Source: an uncultured Shewanella sp. (GTDB lineage: Bacteria > Pseudomonadota > Gammaproteobacteria > Enterobacterales > Shewanellaceae). Taken from it: DNA of 64,000 nucleotides. The notes beneath the pieces are model-generated. The model had not been told where the DNA came from. It ran no database searches and saw only the letters and a list, made by a program, of their open reading frames with translations. Shown here one piece after another: positions 1-7,732 of the stretch. The stretch lies in NCBI RefSeq assembly GCF_947497935.1, contig NZ_CANMIO010000017.1, positions 14,561 to 78,560 on the forward strand, in the 5' to 3' direction. The translations under genes were made by a program, and so were the position numbers. Numbering within the stretch: position 1 is the first letter of the stretch; each line of letters begins with the position of its first letter.

Positions 1-405
1 GTCACAAAATCTATCCCAATCTAACCCCCCACGAATACTTGAATCACAATAGAACCAAGTTAATCGATCAAACTCTGGACGCTGAAAAAACATCATCAAA
101 AACTCTGGTAATACAACTTCTTCATCAAGGACTTCAAAAGTTTTATATGCTGGAGAAACAAGAGCTGGTTCATCATCTCTATATAGTGCTATTGGTAGCC
201 TCTCGTCACGGCCTACGTGCATAATGTTACAGGCAAAAACTCCCTTTTTAATGACCTTATACTTGGTTAAATCTAAATTTGTTGAGTTTGCAATTGATGG
301 CATAAAGTTTTTAGATATGTTTATACCTAGTAGGTTAGATACGCTGTTATCTTTATTTTTTTCGTCAACCATAGAAATAAGGTTGCCTATTGGACTAGAT
401 TTCAT
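1..405 (-). CDS. hsdS: Type I R-M specificity subunit, N-terminal part (runs off the window edge)
   Basis: Hand translation from ATG at 405: MKSSPIGNLISMVDE...LDLTKYKVIKKGVFACNIMHVGRDERLPIALY...VSPAYKTF, typical of an HsdS TRD; overlaps the hsdM stop. Confidence 0.85.
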   Translation of the reverse strand, partial: MKSSPIGNLISMVDEKNKDNSVSNLLGINISKNFMPSIANSTNLDLTKYKVIKKGVFACNIMHVGRDERLPIALYRDDEPALVSPAYKTFEVLDEEVVLPEFLMMFFQRPEFDRLTWFYCDSSIRGGLDWDRFCD

Positions 406-1981
406 AACCAATTCCTTTAAATGCTTCAAATAGCTCAGCTTGCGCTTGTTTCTCTTCTTTCATTAATGCCGAAAGTTCAGACTGAATCCTTAACATTTCT
501 CCTTCAAAATCTATTGTGCTATCAGTAGCAGAAAAAGGAATGTACTTACTAGGAACTAAAGAGTAATTATTTTTAATAATTTCTTCTTTTGATGCCGAGT
601 AGCAAAACTCAGCAATATTCTTATACGATTCAGAATGCCCTTCTCTTTGCCAACAATGGAATATTTTTGCAACATCGTTAATGTTGTTTTCCGTAAGCTC
701 TATGTATTTTTTTTCAAACTCAGTACCAAGCCTTCTCAGATCCATAAACAAAACTTCTGTGTTTCTTTCCCTTAAGTTCACCTCACCATCTTCATTTTGG
801 TGAAACCTAGCATCTTTATTTTTATTTATAATCCATAAAGTTACACTAATATCAGTGTTATAGAACATATCTCTAGGTAAAGTAATAATGGCTTCAACTA
901 GATTGTTTTCAATAAGCTGTTTACGTATTTTATACTCATTGCCCGAAGCCGAAGTAGAACCACTTGATAAGATAAAGCCAGCAATGCCATTTTGGGAGAG
1001 CTTAGATACCATATGTAATATCCAGCCATAGTTAGCATTACTAATTGGCGGAGTCTCGTAACCATCCCAGCGATGATCATCAACCAACTCTTCTGTTGCT
1101 CGCCAATCTTTCTGGTTAAATGGTGGGTTTGCCATAATAAAATCAGCTTTAAGAAGCTCTTGCTGATCATTAGCAAAGGTATCTTTAGCAGCTACGCCTA
1201 AATTTGCAGAAATACCTCTAATTGCAAGGTTCATTTTTGCAAGCTTAAATGTAGTTGGGGTCGCTTCCTGCCCATAAATTACAACGTCTTTTGTATTCCC
1301 TTTGTGCTTTTCAATAAACTTCATTGATTGAACAAACATACCACCCGAACCACAACAAGGATCATAGATTTTACCTCTATAGGGTTCGATTAACTCAGCA
1401 ATCAAGTTGACTACGCTTTTCGGGGTGTAGAACTCCCCTTTGCCTTTACCTTCTGCGATAGCAAACTTGGCTAAAAAATACTCATAAACCCTTCCAACAA
1501 TGTCTTTATGGGGGCTATTTAGTGTTTCTATATTTCCAATTACATCTACAAGTGCCGCTAATTTACTAGTATCAAACTCTAATTGAGAAAAGTAATTTTT
1601 GGGCAATGCACCTTGAAGTGCTTTGTTGGTTTTCTCGATAGTGCTCAGAGCGGTATCGATCTTTAGGGCAATATCTTCTTGTTTAGCATTTTGCTGAACA
1701 AAGCTCCAACGACTCTCTTCTGGTAGATAAAACACATTTTCTTTAGTGTATGCCTGAACTAAATCAACATACTTTTCTTGACCCGCATCAATCAGATCTT
1801 GCTTACGCTTCTCGAACGTATCACTGATGAATTTGAGGAAAATCAAGCTCAATACGATGTGTTTGTATTCTGACGATTCAACACTACCACGCAGCTTGTT
1901 TGCTGCATCCCAGAGTGTTTCTTCAAATGATTTTTCTTTCTTTTTTGCTGCTGGTTTCTTTTTAGCGGGTGCTTTTGCCAT
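395..1981 (-). CDS. hsdM: Type I R-M N6-adenine methyltransferase
   Basis: LWDAANKLRG N-terminus, GEFYTP, DPCCGSGG (motif I), NPPF (motif IV). Confidence 0.97.
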   Translation of the reverse strand: MAKAPAKKKPAAKKKEKSFEETLWDAANKLRGSVESSEYKHIVLSLIFLKFISDTFEKRKQDLIDAGQEKYVDLVQAYTKENVFYLPEESRWSFVQQNAKQEDIALKIDTALSTIEKTNKALQGALPKNYFSQLEFDTSKLAALVDVIGNIETLNSPHKDIVGRVYEYFLAKFAIAEGKGKGEFYTPKSVVNLIAELIEPYRGKIYDPCCGSGGMFVQSMKFIEKHKGNTKDVVIYGQEATPTTFKLAKMNLAIRGISANLGVAAKDTFANDQQELLKADFIMANPPFNQKDWRATEELVDDHRWDGYETPPISNANYGWILHMVSKLSQNGIAGFILSSGSTSASGNEYKIRKQLIENNLVEAIITLPRDMFYNTDISVTLWIINKNKDARFHQNEDGEVNLRERNTEVLFMDLRRLGTEFEKKYIELTENNINDVAKIFHCWQREGHSESYKNIAEFCYSASKEEIIKNNYSLVPSKYIPFSATDSTIDFEGEMLRIQSELSALMKEEKQAQAELFEAFKGIGYEI

Positions 1982-2180
1982 ACTATTGATTACTCTATAA
2001 TTTATGGTTACTGCGGTTACGTGCAGAACATGGAAAAAGATTATATATGAAATTTAATGAATTAAGTTGATAAAACTCTTATTTTAGAAGCCTTTCTAGG
2101 AAGCCTTAGGAAAGGATGTTAACGGTAATAAACCTTCAAAATTTGAACCAATCAAAACTATTAACACTGACATAAACAAG

Positions 2181-2762
2181 CTAAGCAATAGAAATAGTTT
2201 TGTTCCAATGCCTTTTTACTGTAGCAATCCCTAAACCTAAAACTTCTGCTACTTTTGATTGAGATAAACCCTCGGCTTTCTTAGCTTGTACTAAAGATGT
2301 GGTGTTATGAGCTGCTGGTCTGCCTAGCTTCTTACCTTCGGCTTTAGCTCGCTCAAGCCCTTCTTTTGTTCGTTCCCTGATCCGGTTTCGCTCAAACTCT
2401 GCAAAGGCTGAAAACATCTGCAGCATCAGCTTACCCTCAGCACTTGATAGATCGGCGACGGGTAGATCAAGGCACACAACCTTGATGCCTTTATCTGTAA
2501 GCAGGTTAATTGTGTTTTGTACGTCTATGTTATCTCGGCCTAAACGGTCTAACTTCAATACCACCAGCATATCGCCACGTTCCATCTGGTGATTAATTAG
2601 CATCTTGAACTTTTCACGCTTCATTGCCTCAACAGAACCAGAGACCGTTTCACTGATAGTGCGATCATCATTCACCTCATACCCTTTTTGTCGGATAGCA
2701 AGAATCTGATTCTCGGTGGTTTGCTCTGTTGTAGAAACGCGACAATAGGAAAAGGTACGCAT
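2181..2762 (-). CDS. Small serine recombinase (resolvase/invertase family) with C-terminal HTH
   Basis: YCRVST catalytic motif, KLDRLGR, GRP hinge and HTH. Confidence 0.95.
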   Translation of the reverse strand: MRTFSYCRVSTTEQTTENQILAIRQKGYEVNDDRTISETVSGSVEAMKREKFKMLINHQMERGDMLVVLKLDRLGRDNIDVQNTINLLTDKGIKVVCLDLPVADLSSAEGKLMLQMFSAFAEFERNRIRERTKEGLERAKAEGKKLGRPAAHNTTSLVQAKKAEGLSQSKVAEVLGLGIATVKRHWNKTISIA

Positions 2763-2783
2763 TGGTCACTCACTTTTGTAGAA

Positions 2784-2900
2784 GGTATCAAATATGGGGG
2801 CATCATATAATTAAAGTACCATTAAAGCTACACCCTGATTTTATGATACCCTTTTTAAAAAAATAAAACTGGTATCAACATACGAATGTTTATTGATACC
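2784..2900. promoter_or_regulatory. res-like recombinase binding sites upstream of the serine recombinase
   Basis: GGTATCAA (2784-2791), ATGATACC (2843-2850) and a perfect 8-bp inverted pair GGTATCAA (2871-2878)/TTGATACC (2893-2900) spanning 30 bp. Confidence 0.6.
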
Positions 2901-3040
2901 CATTTTTTATATCACATAATTCAGCTAGCTTTGTTCGTAATGCGCTTTAAATTTGTGCTTCCATATCTGGTAATGACATTTTCAATTAATACCGCGTCAT
3001 TCATTTAAACTCACTTTTTGGAATAGCTACAGCATCTGGG

Positions 3041-3520
3041 GTGCCAGAGAAAAAGAAGATGCCTACGATTAAACCTGATGAGCAGCCTAAATTTATGGAG
3101 CCCCTGTCCTACGCCAGCATCAAGAAAATTACTCACTGCTTGATTGAGATCCAAATTCATACCATGACGCGGCCAACTGAAGCCGCAATGGCAAAGTGAG
3201 CTGAGATTGATTTCGATAAGCTAATATGGGTTATCCCTGCAGATAGAAATCCCAATAATCACACCAGTACAGAAATTAGCAATATGACACTCAGGCGTAT
3301 AGGCTACAAAGGCCGCTTAGTGGCTCACGGCCTGCGTGCTTTGGCCAGCACCACCCTCAACGAGCAAGGATTCGATGCCGAATTGATTGAGGTATCACTC
3401 GCTTATGTAGACAAGATTACCGTTCGTGCGGCCTATAACCGAGCAGCTATATCGAACGATGCAGAGAGCTCACGTGCTGGTGGAGTGAACATATTTCAAC
3501 ACAGGCTTAGGCCAACCACT
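3041..3520 (+). pseudogene. P4-family tyrosine integrase remnant (C-terminal part)
   Basis: MPTIKPDE...HTMTRPTEAAMAK*AEIDF (TGA at 3197-3199 where Trp is expected), apparent internal deletion at IPAD|RNPNNH, HGLRALAST motif, frameshift near 3446 before YIER..CWWSEHI; N-terminal half absent. Confidence 0.9.
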
Positions 3521-3581
3521 CAGACTTACGCTTTCTAAACATAAGAAAAATTCAGAAACAGTAATTTAATGGGAGACATCC

Positions 3582-4139
3582 ATGCCTAGATCTAGGTTTA
3601 AATACAAAACCTCACTGAACCCAGCTGATGCTGTTGCTCTAATTTTAAATGTTGATGACATTTCTACAATTCCACGAGGCGATCCTCATTTTGAAAGAGC
3701 CAACGAATTATATGCTGGATTAATTTCTGAATTCGAGATTGCAATCAACGATCCAAACAAGAGCAAGATCGACATAGTCTTACCACCTGTCATGGGGGCT
3801 TCAGATGCTGAAGCGTCTATAGTCAGCATTGCAAAGTATCTAATCCAAATAGGCCAACGAGAAGATGCTCAGCTTCTATATCCTGGCTCAAACATTCTCA
3901 ATACCAATAAAGATGGCTCTATTCACGGAAACACAGCTAGAAACGCTAGCGCAAGGGAGGAAGTCCTCCAGTTTGCTCTATACCTGCTGAATAAATATCC
4001 AGACCAATGTACTACGATCACACTGTGGGCAGAGTTGATCGATGCAAAAGCACCACTAAAATGGCCAGAAACTTGTGTCCCTCCTCTAGCTCGTGCAACC
4101 GTTGAAAAGCTATTAAGGAAATCTATAAAAGATTTCTGA
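3582..4139 (+). CDS. Hypothetical island protein upstream of alpA
   Basis: 185-aa ORF with GGGAG RBS, in the int-orf-alpA arrangement. Confidence 0.7.
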   Translation: MPRSRFKYKTSLNPADAVALILNVDDISTIPRGDPHFERANELYAGLISEFEIAINDPNKSKIDIVLPPVMGASDAEASIVSIAKYLIQIGQREDAQLLYPGSNILNTNKDGSIHGNTARNASAREEVLQFALYLLNKYPDQCTTITLWAELIDAKAPLKWPETCVPPLARATVEKLLRKSIKDF

Positions 4140-4181
4140 CAGTAATTTTTAGTTTCTGACAGTAAAAAATTACTGTCAGAA
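4133..4181. repeat. Direct plus inverted repeats upstream of alpA
   Basis: TTTCTGACAGTAA at 4133-4145 and 4153-4165; inverted TTACTGTCAGAA at 4170-4181. Confidence 0.85.
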
Positions 4182-4246
4182 TTTATGCCTTAGTCTGTAT
4201 TACGCTTGCCTCGTACTATTAACACCGAGATATAACGAGGCAATCC

Positions 4247-4438
4247 ATGAAAGTTTTAAGATTAAAAGAAGTCATTAACATCACAGGGCTAAGCCGCTCT
4301 ACCATTTACGAGCTGATCGCTCAGAATCAATTTCCTAAGCAACTCCCATTAGGCGCCCGCGCTGTTGGCTGGGTCGAAGAAGAGATCAACAACTGGATTA
4401 CGCAACAAATTGAAGCGAGGGATCACGAAAACATTTAA
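4247..4438 (+). CDS. alpA: AlpA family regulator/excisionase
   Basis: LRLKEVINITGLSRSTIY...FPKQLPLGARAVGWVEEEINNWI. Confidence 0.93.
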   Translation: MKVLRLKEVINITGLSRSTIYELIAQNQFPKQLPLGARAVGWVEEEINNWITQQIEARDHENI

Positions 4439-4582
4439 CTCAGGAACAGTTTACTAAACGATGCGGGTAGCCAGATAGCTCAATTACTTAGCTATGCCAC
4501 GACTTCTTTGCCCGATAACGATTGACTATATCAAGCAGAAGCAAACAAAAACCCTATTTGATGATTAAGCGGAGTTGAACAG

Positions 4583-4807
4583 ATGAAAACCCCAAGATTA
4601 TTAAAGCATATGGAACAAAAGTGCATCCAATCTAAAGATCTGGATTACATCATTCGACCTAAAGAGATGGCAAAACTACTAAGTATCAGCATATCGACTC
4701 TTCACCGAAGGGTGCGTGACAATCAATTCATTCAACCCATAAAAATCAATGGAAAGAATAAGGGCTGGCGCAAAAGCGATTATGACTTTTGGATAGAAAG
4801 CCAATAA
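4583..4807 (+). CDS. Second AlpA-like helix-turn-helix protein
   Basis: IIRPKEMAKLLSISISTLHRRV...FIQPIKING...GW. Confidence 0.8.
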   Translation: MKTPRLLKHMEQKCIQSKDLDYIIRPKEMAKLLSISISTLHRRVRDNQFIQPIKINGKNKGWRKSDYDFWIESQ

Positions 4808-5045
4808 CCCTAGCCTGGAACCATTTATTTGGGGCCCCATGATAAATGGGCAGTAAAAACTGCCCTTTCTTCCATATTACTGACATCAAATGCACTTAGA
4901 TGCGTCCAAATGAGCCTTATAAACAACGAATGAAGGTTCAGAGCAACATTTAGCGCCTTAAGTAGATAGTTATCAAAACTGAAATGCGCGGCATCATTGA
5001 GCTACAGGTCTGGCACAAGCAGCATTTATTACAGGTTTTATTATT

Positions 5046-5609
5046 ATGCCTTTTAACGCTACTGAGTATGAATACCTAGATTACTTCTGGCCAGTGCAAA
5101 AGTTCGATACAGGTTTAAATAAAGACATCATGGATTCTATCTTTGAAAAATTACTTTCAATGCTTGAGCTCCACCCGAAGGTCCTAATGGTCTGTTTTGA
5201 AATCCACACTTACGAAGCCACAAGTAATAACAAACTCATTAGCAAACTGTTCAAGCAGCTGACAAACTCTCTAGAAAAGCACTATAGCAGTAAGATGGAC
5301 TACTTATGGGTACGAGAACAAACAGCAGCTGAAGGGTTCTGCCATTACCACTGCATAGTCATTATTGATGCACAGAAAGTGCGAAACTCATTTGGTATAA
5401 AACCGCACTTAGATAGAGCCTGTTACCTGTTGGTCAATGTTAGTTATTATTTCCCTACTAATTGCAACTATTGGGTGCACTACCAAGACAAAGATAGCTT
5501 TCTAAGCGCAATATTTCGTGCTAGTTATTTAGCCAAAAATGAGACTAAAGAATACACACCTAAAGGCATTAGAAAGTTTCAAGGGGGACGAAAAAAGCGT
5601 TCTCTATAA
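5046..5609 (+). CDS. YagK/YfjJ (inovirus Gp2-like) family protein with HUH-type motifs
   Basis: YLWVREQ, HYH, RASYLAK motifs; CP4-like context. Confidence 0.8.
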   Translation: MPFNATEYEYLDYFWPVQKFDTGLNKDIMDSIFEKLLSMLELHPKVLMVCFEIHTYEATSNNKLISKLFKQLTNSLEKHYSSKMDYLWVREQTAAEGFCHYHCIVIIDAQKVRNSFGIKPHLDRACYLLVNVSYYFPTNCNYWVHYQDKDSFLSAIFRASYLAKNETKEYTPKGIRKFQGGRKKRSL

Positions 5610-5743
5610 AAGAAAAAACATCAACTTTAAAACCAATATTAAATTGGATCTCTGCAAATAAAACCATCCCTACGCAATCCTCTTCGGATCGGGCTATCAA
5701 CTAGATTTAACTAGATTGTTTTAACAGTCTTGGAAAAATAGAC

Positions 5744-6592
5744 CTACTTCTGGAGCCGCTCCCTAAATACCCTTTCATGACACCCAAAACCTGAATCCAT
5801 TAAACCTTGCTGGTGGTAATCAAGCCATAATGCAACCGCATTATCGATACCAAACTGACCTTCACCTATATTTCGTGAGTAAAACTTAGGGTCTGTGGTT
5901 AAGTCTTCAGCTTGAAACCTTCGACCTCTGATTGAGGTTTGTTCGTTGTCGCTATCAGGAATGTGGTTTAACGAGGTCAACCTATGAAACAGGTCAGGAG
6001 AAATCATTCGGCCTGAAACATAGCAATTACGCCCCCAGGCTTGTGCTATACATGCAGCAATATCTGCTCGACATTTCCAGTAGCCATAAATCCACAGCTC
6101 ACAGAAATGATAGCGATAAATAGGTTCGTTTCCGATCTCAGCAACCTGCTCTCTCATTAAAATTAACGCATCATATTCATCAGCCATGAACTTCGTAATT
6201 AACAACCAACCATCAACTCTGTTTCCACCAGCAGCATTCAATATAGAATTCAGCCAGTCACCGAATAACTTTGGCTGTTTGTAAAAATGTTTGAGCTCAT
6301 ACAACTCTTCCGAACCGCCTTCCAACCACTCAAGCTTCACACCAAATAGTGTTGCCGCCGCTTCCAAAATATCTGTATCTAAGCTCTTTAGAAGTTCAGC
6401 CTCATCTTCAACTTGGTGAATGGTGAGGTTATGCCCAAAAAAACGGGGGATTTGTGCACGGGCGACACCATGAGCTTCAAAAAGTCTAATAAAGCGCTGT
6501 GCGGTATTAGTAACGATACGCTCTGGGTTACGCCATTTCTTATACCTTGCTCTAAGCGCAAAGAATGCTTCGATATCACCTAATCCAACCAT
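5744..6592 (-). CDS. Hypothetical protein with possible N-terminal HTH-like region
   Basis: 282-aa ORF 34 bp downstream of the NucS-like gene; ILEAAATLFGVKLEWLEGG resembles the end of an XRE HTH. Confidence 0.65.
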   Translation of the reverse strand: MVGLGDIEAFFALRARYKKWRNPERIVTNTAQRFIRLFEAHGVARAQIPRFFGHNLTIHQVEDEAELLKSLDTDILEAAATLFGVKLEWLEGGSEELYELKHFYKQPKLFGDWLNSILNAAGGNRVDGWLLITKFMADEYDALILMREQVAEIGNEPIYRYHFCELWIYGYWKCRADIAACIAQAWGRNCYVSGRMISPDLFHRLTSLNHIPDSDNEQTSIRGRRFQAEDLTTDPKFYSRNIGEGQFGIDNAVALWLDYHQQGLMDSGFGCHERVFRERLQK

Positions 6593-6626
6593 GGATAATT
6601 GTCCTTTATTAAACTAAACCCTTGCA

Positions 6627-7622
6627 CTATGAGTCGACTTTAGTAACTTCAAAGCCATACTGGCTAACCACTTCAATTAAACGAGTTACACTACCAATAC
6701 TCCATTGGTTAGATATCGCAATAACTTCACCTGAATCAAGCTCAATAAGGTCTTCATCGCTTGAATGATATCGCTTCATTTTTCCATCAGTGATATCTGA
6801 TATAGGCAAGGCTATTCGTCGACGTATATCCTTATCAAATACTTCCAATAAATCCGACAAAGAATTTGGCTGGTGGGCTTCAATCCAATCAGTGATAAGC
6901 GCCAATGCTAGATTTCTCTTATTGTAAGTCTGATCTTTATACTTAAATCGTGAATAATCACGCCCACCAGCAGGCTCGCTTCGTTGCTCCGCTCGCTTCT
7001 CACGAAACTTAATCTGATACTCTTCGGCTTCAGGAACCGGAATAATCTGCTCAGCATTAATCAAAATATCATCGTTATATTGATAAGGTGTTAAGCGGAC
7101 GCAAGTTATATCAAGCTTCTTATCACGTAACCAAAGCACAGAGGTTGTCAGCTCCTTGCCAAAATCAGCTGATGCTAAAACAATACGGACATCATTTCCA
7201 AAGTCATCAATACTAGTCTCATCTAAGTCAACAAAGTCTAGAATTGCTTCTCGGGCATCCAATTCTAATCCTTCAGCCGTAATATATCTGTCAAAATACT
7301 CGCAGGCCTTATCAAAGGTCATGTTCGAGATCATTGCAGCATATCGCAGGGCTTGCAGCTCCATGTGCGCACCAACCTCATCACGCTTAAGCTCAATTAC
7401 CACTAGGTTGGCATTTTTATCAATTGCTAAAAGGTCAATACGACGACGGCTATCCTCCCAATCAGAGAACTCCTCTGAGATAACAAGGCAATCAGGTGCT
7501 ATCGCTTCAATACTTTGCTTCAATGCAGCCTGTAGATCTCGGCGCTCATGCAAACCAGCCTCAGCAAAAGTAGTCTTTTTAAGGGCTGTTAAGTTTTGAT
7601 TAGAAATATTGTATAGGCTCAA
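6627..7622 (-). CDS. NucS/DUF91-like PD-(D/E)xK endonuclease with an unassigned C-terminal domain
   Basis: RRIDLLAID...LVVIELK...ELQALRYAA motifs; TTG start with RBS. Confidence 0.8.
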   Translation of the reverse strand: MSLYNISNQNLTALKKTTFAEAGLHERRDLQAALKQSIEAIAPDCLVISEEFSDWEDSRRRIDLLAIDKNANLVVIELKRDEVGAHMELQALRYAAMISNMTFDKACEYFDRYITAEGLELDAREAILDFVDLDETSIDDFGNDVRIVLASADFGKELTTSVLWLRDKKLDITCVRLTPYQYNDDILINAEQIIPVPEAEEYQIKFREKRAEQRSEPAGGRDYSRFKYKDQTYNKRNLALALITDWIEAHQPNSLSDLLEVFDKDIRRRIALPISDITDGKMKRYHSSDEDLIELDSGEVIAISNQWSIGSVTRLIEVVSQYGFEVTKVDS

Positions 7623-7732
7623 TTTAGCTTCCTATGCAGGTAGTTTGGGATTAAACATATTATAAAGTCTCAACTTTAAACGCCTTTAATAAACGATGAT
7701 ACATGATACGTACAACTTTTGGACTGGAACAG

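Noticed and set aside
39-433. Plus-strand ORFs of 61 and 69 aa
   Set aside because: Shadows of hsdS, which reads openly on the minus strand from 405 off the edge
3284-3538. 84-aa ORF as a stand-alone gene
   Set aside because: It is a fragment of the integrase pseudogene with a frameshifted tail
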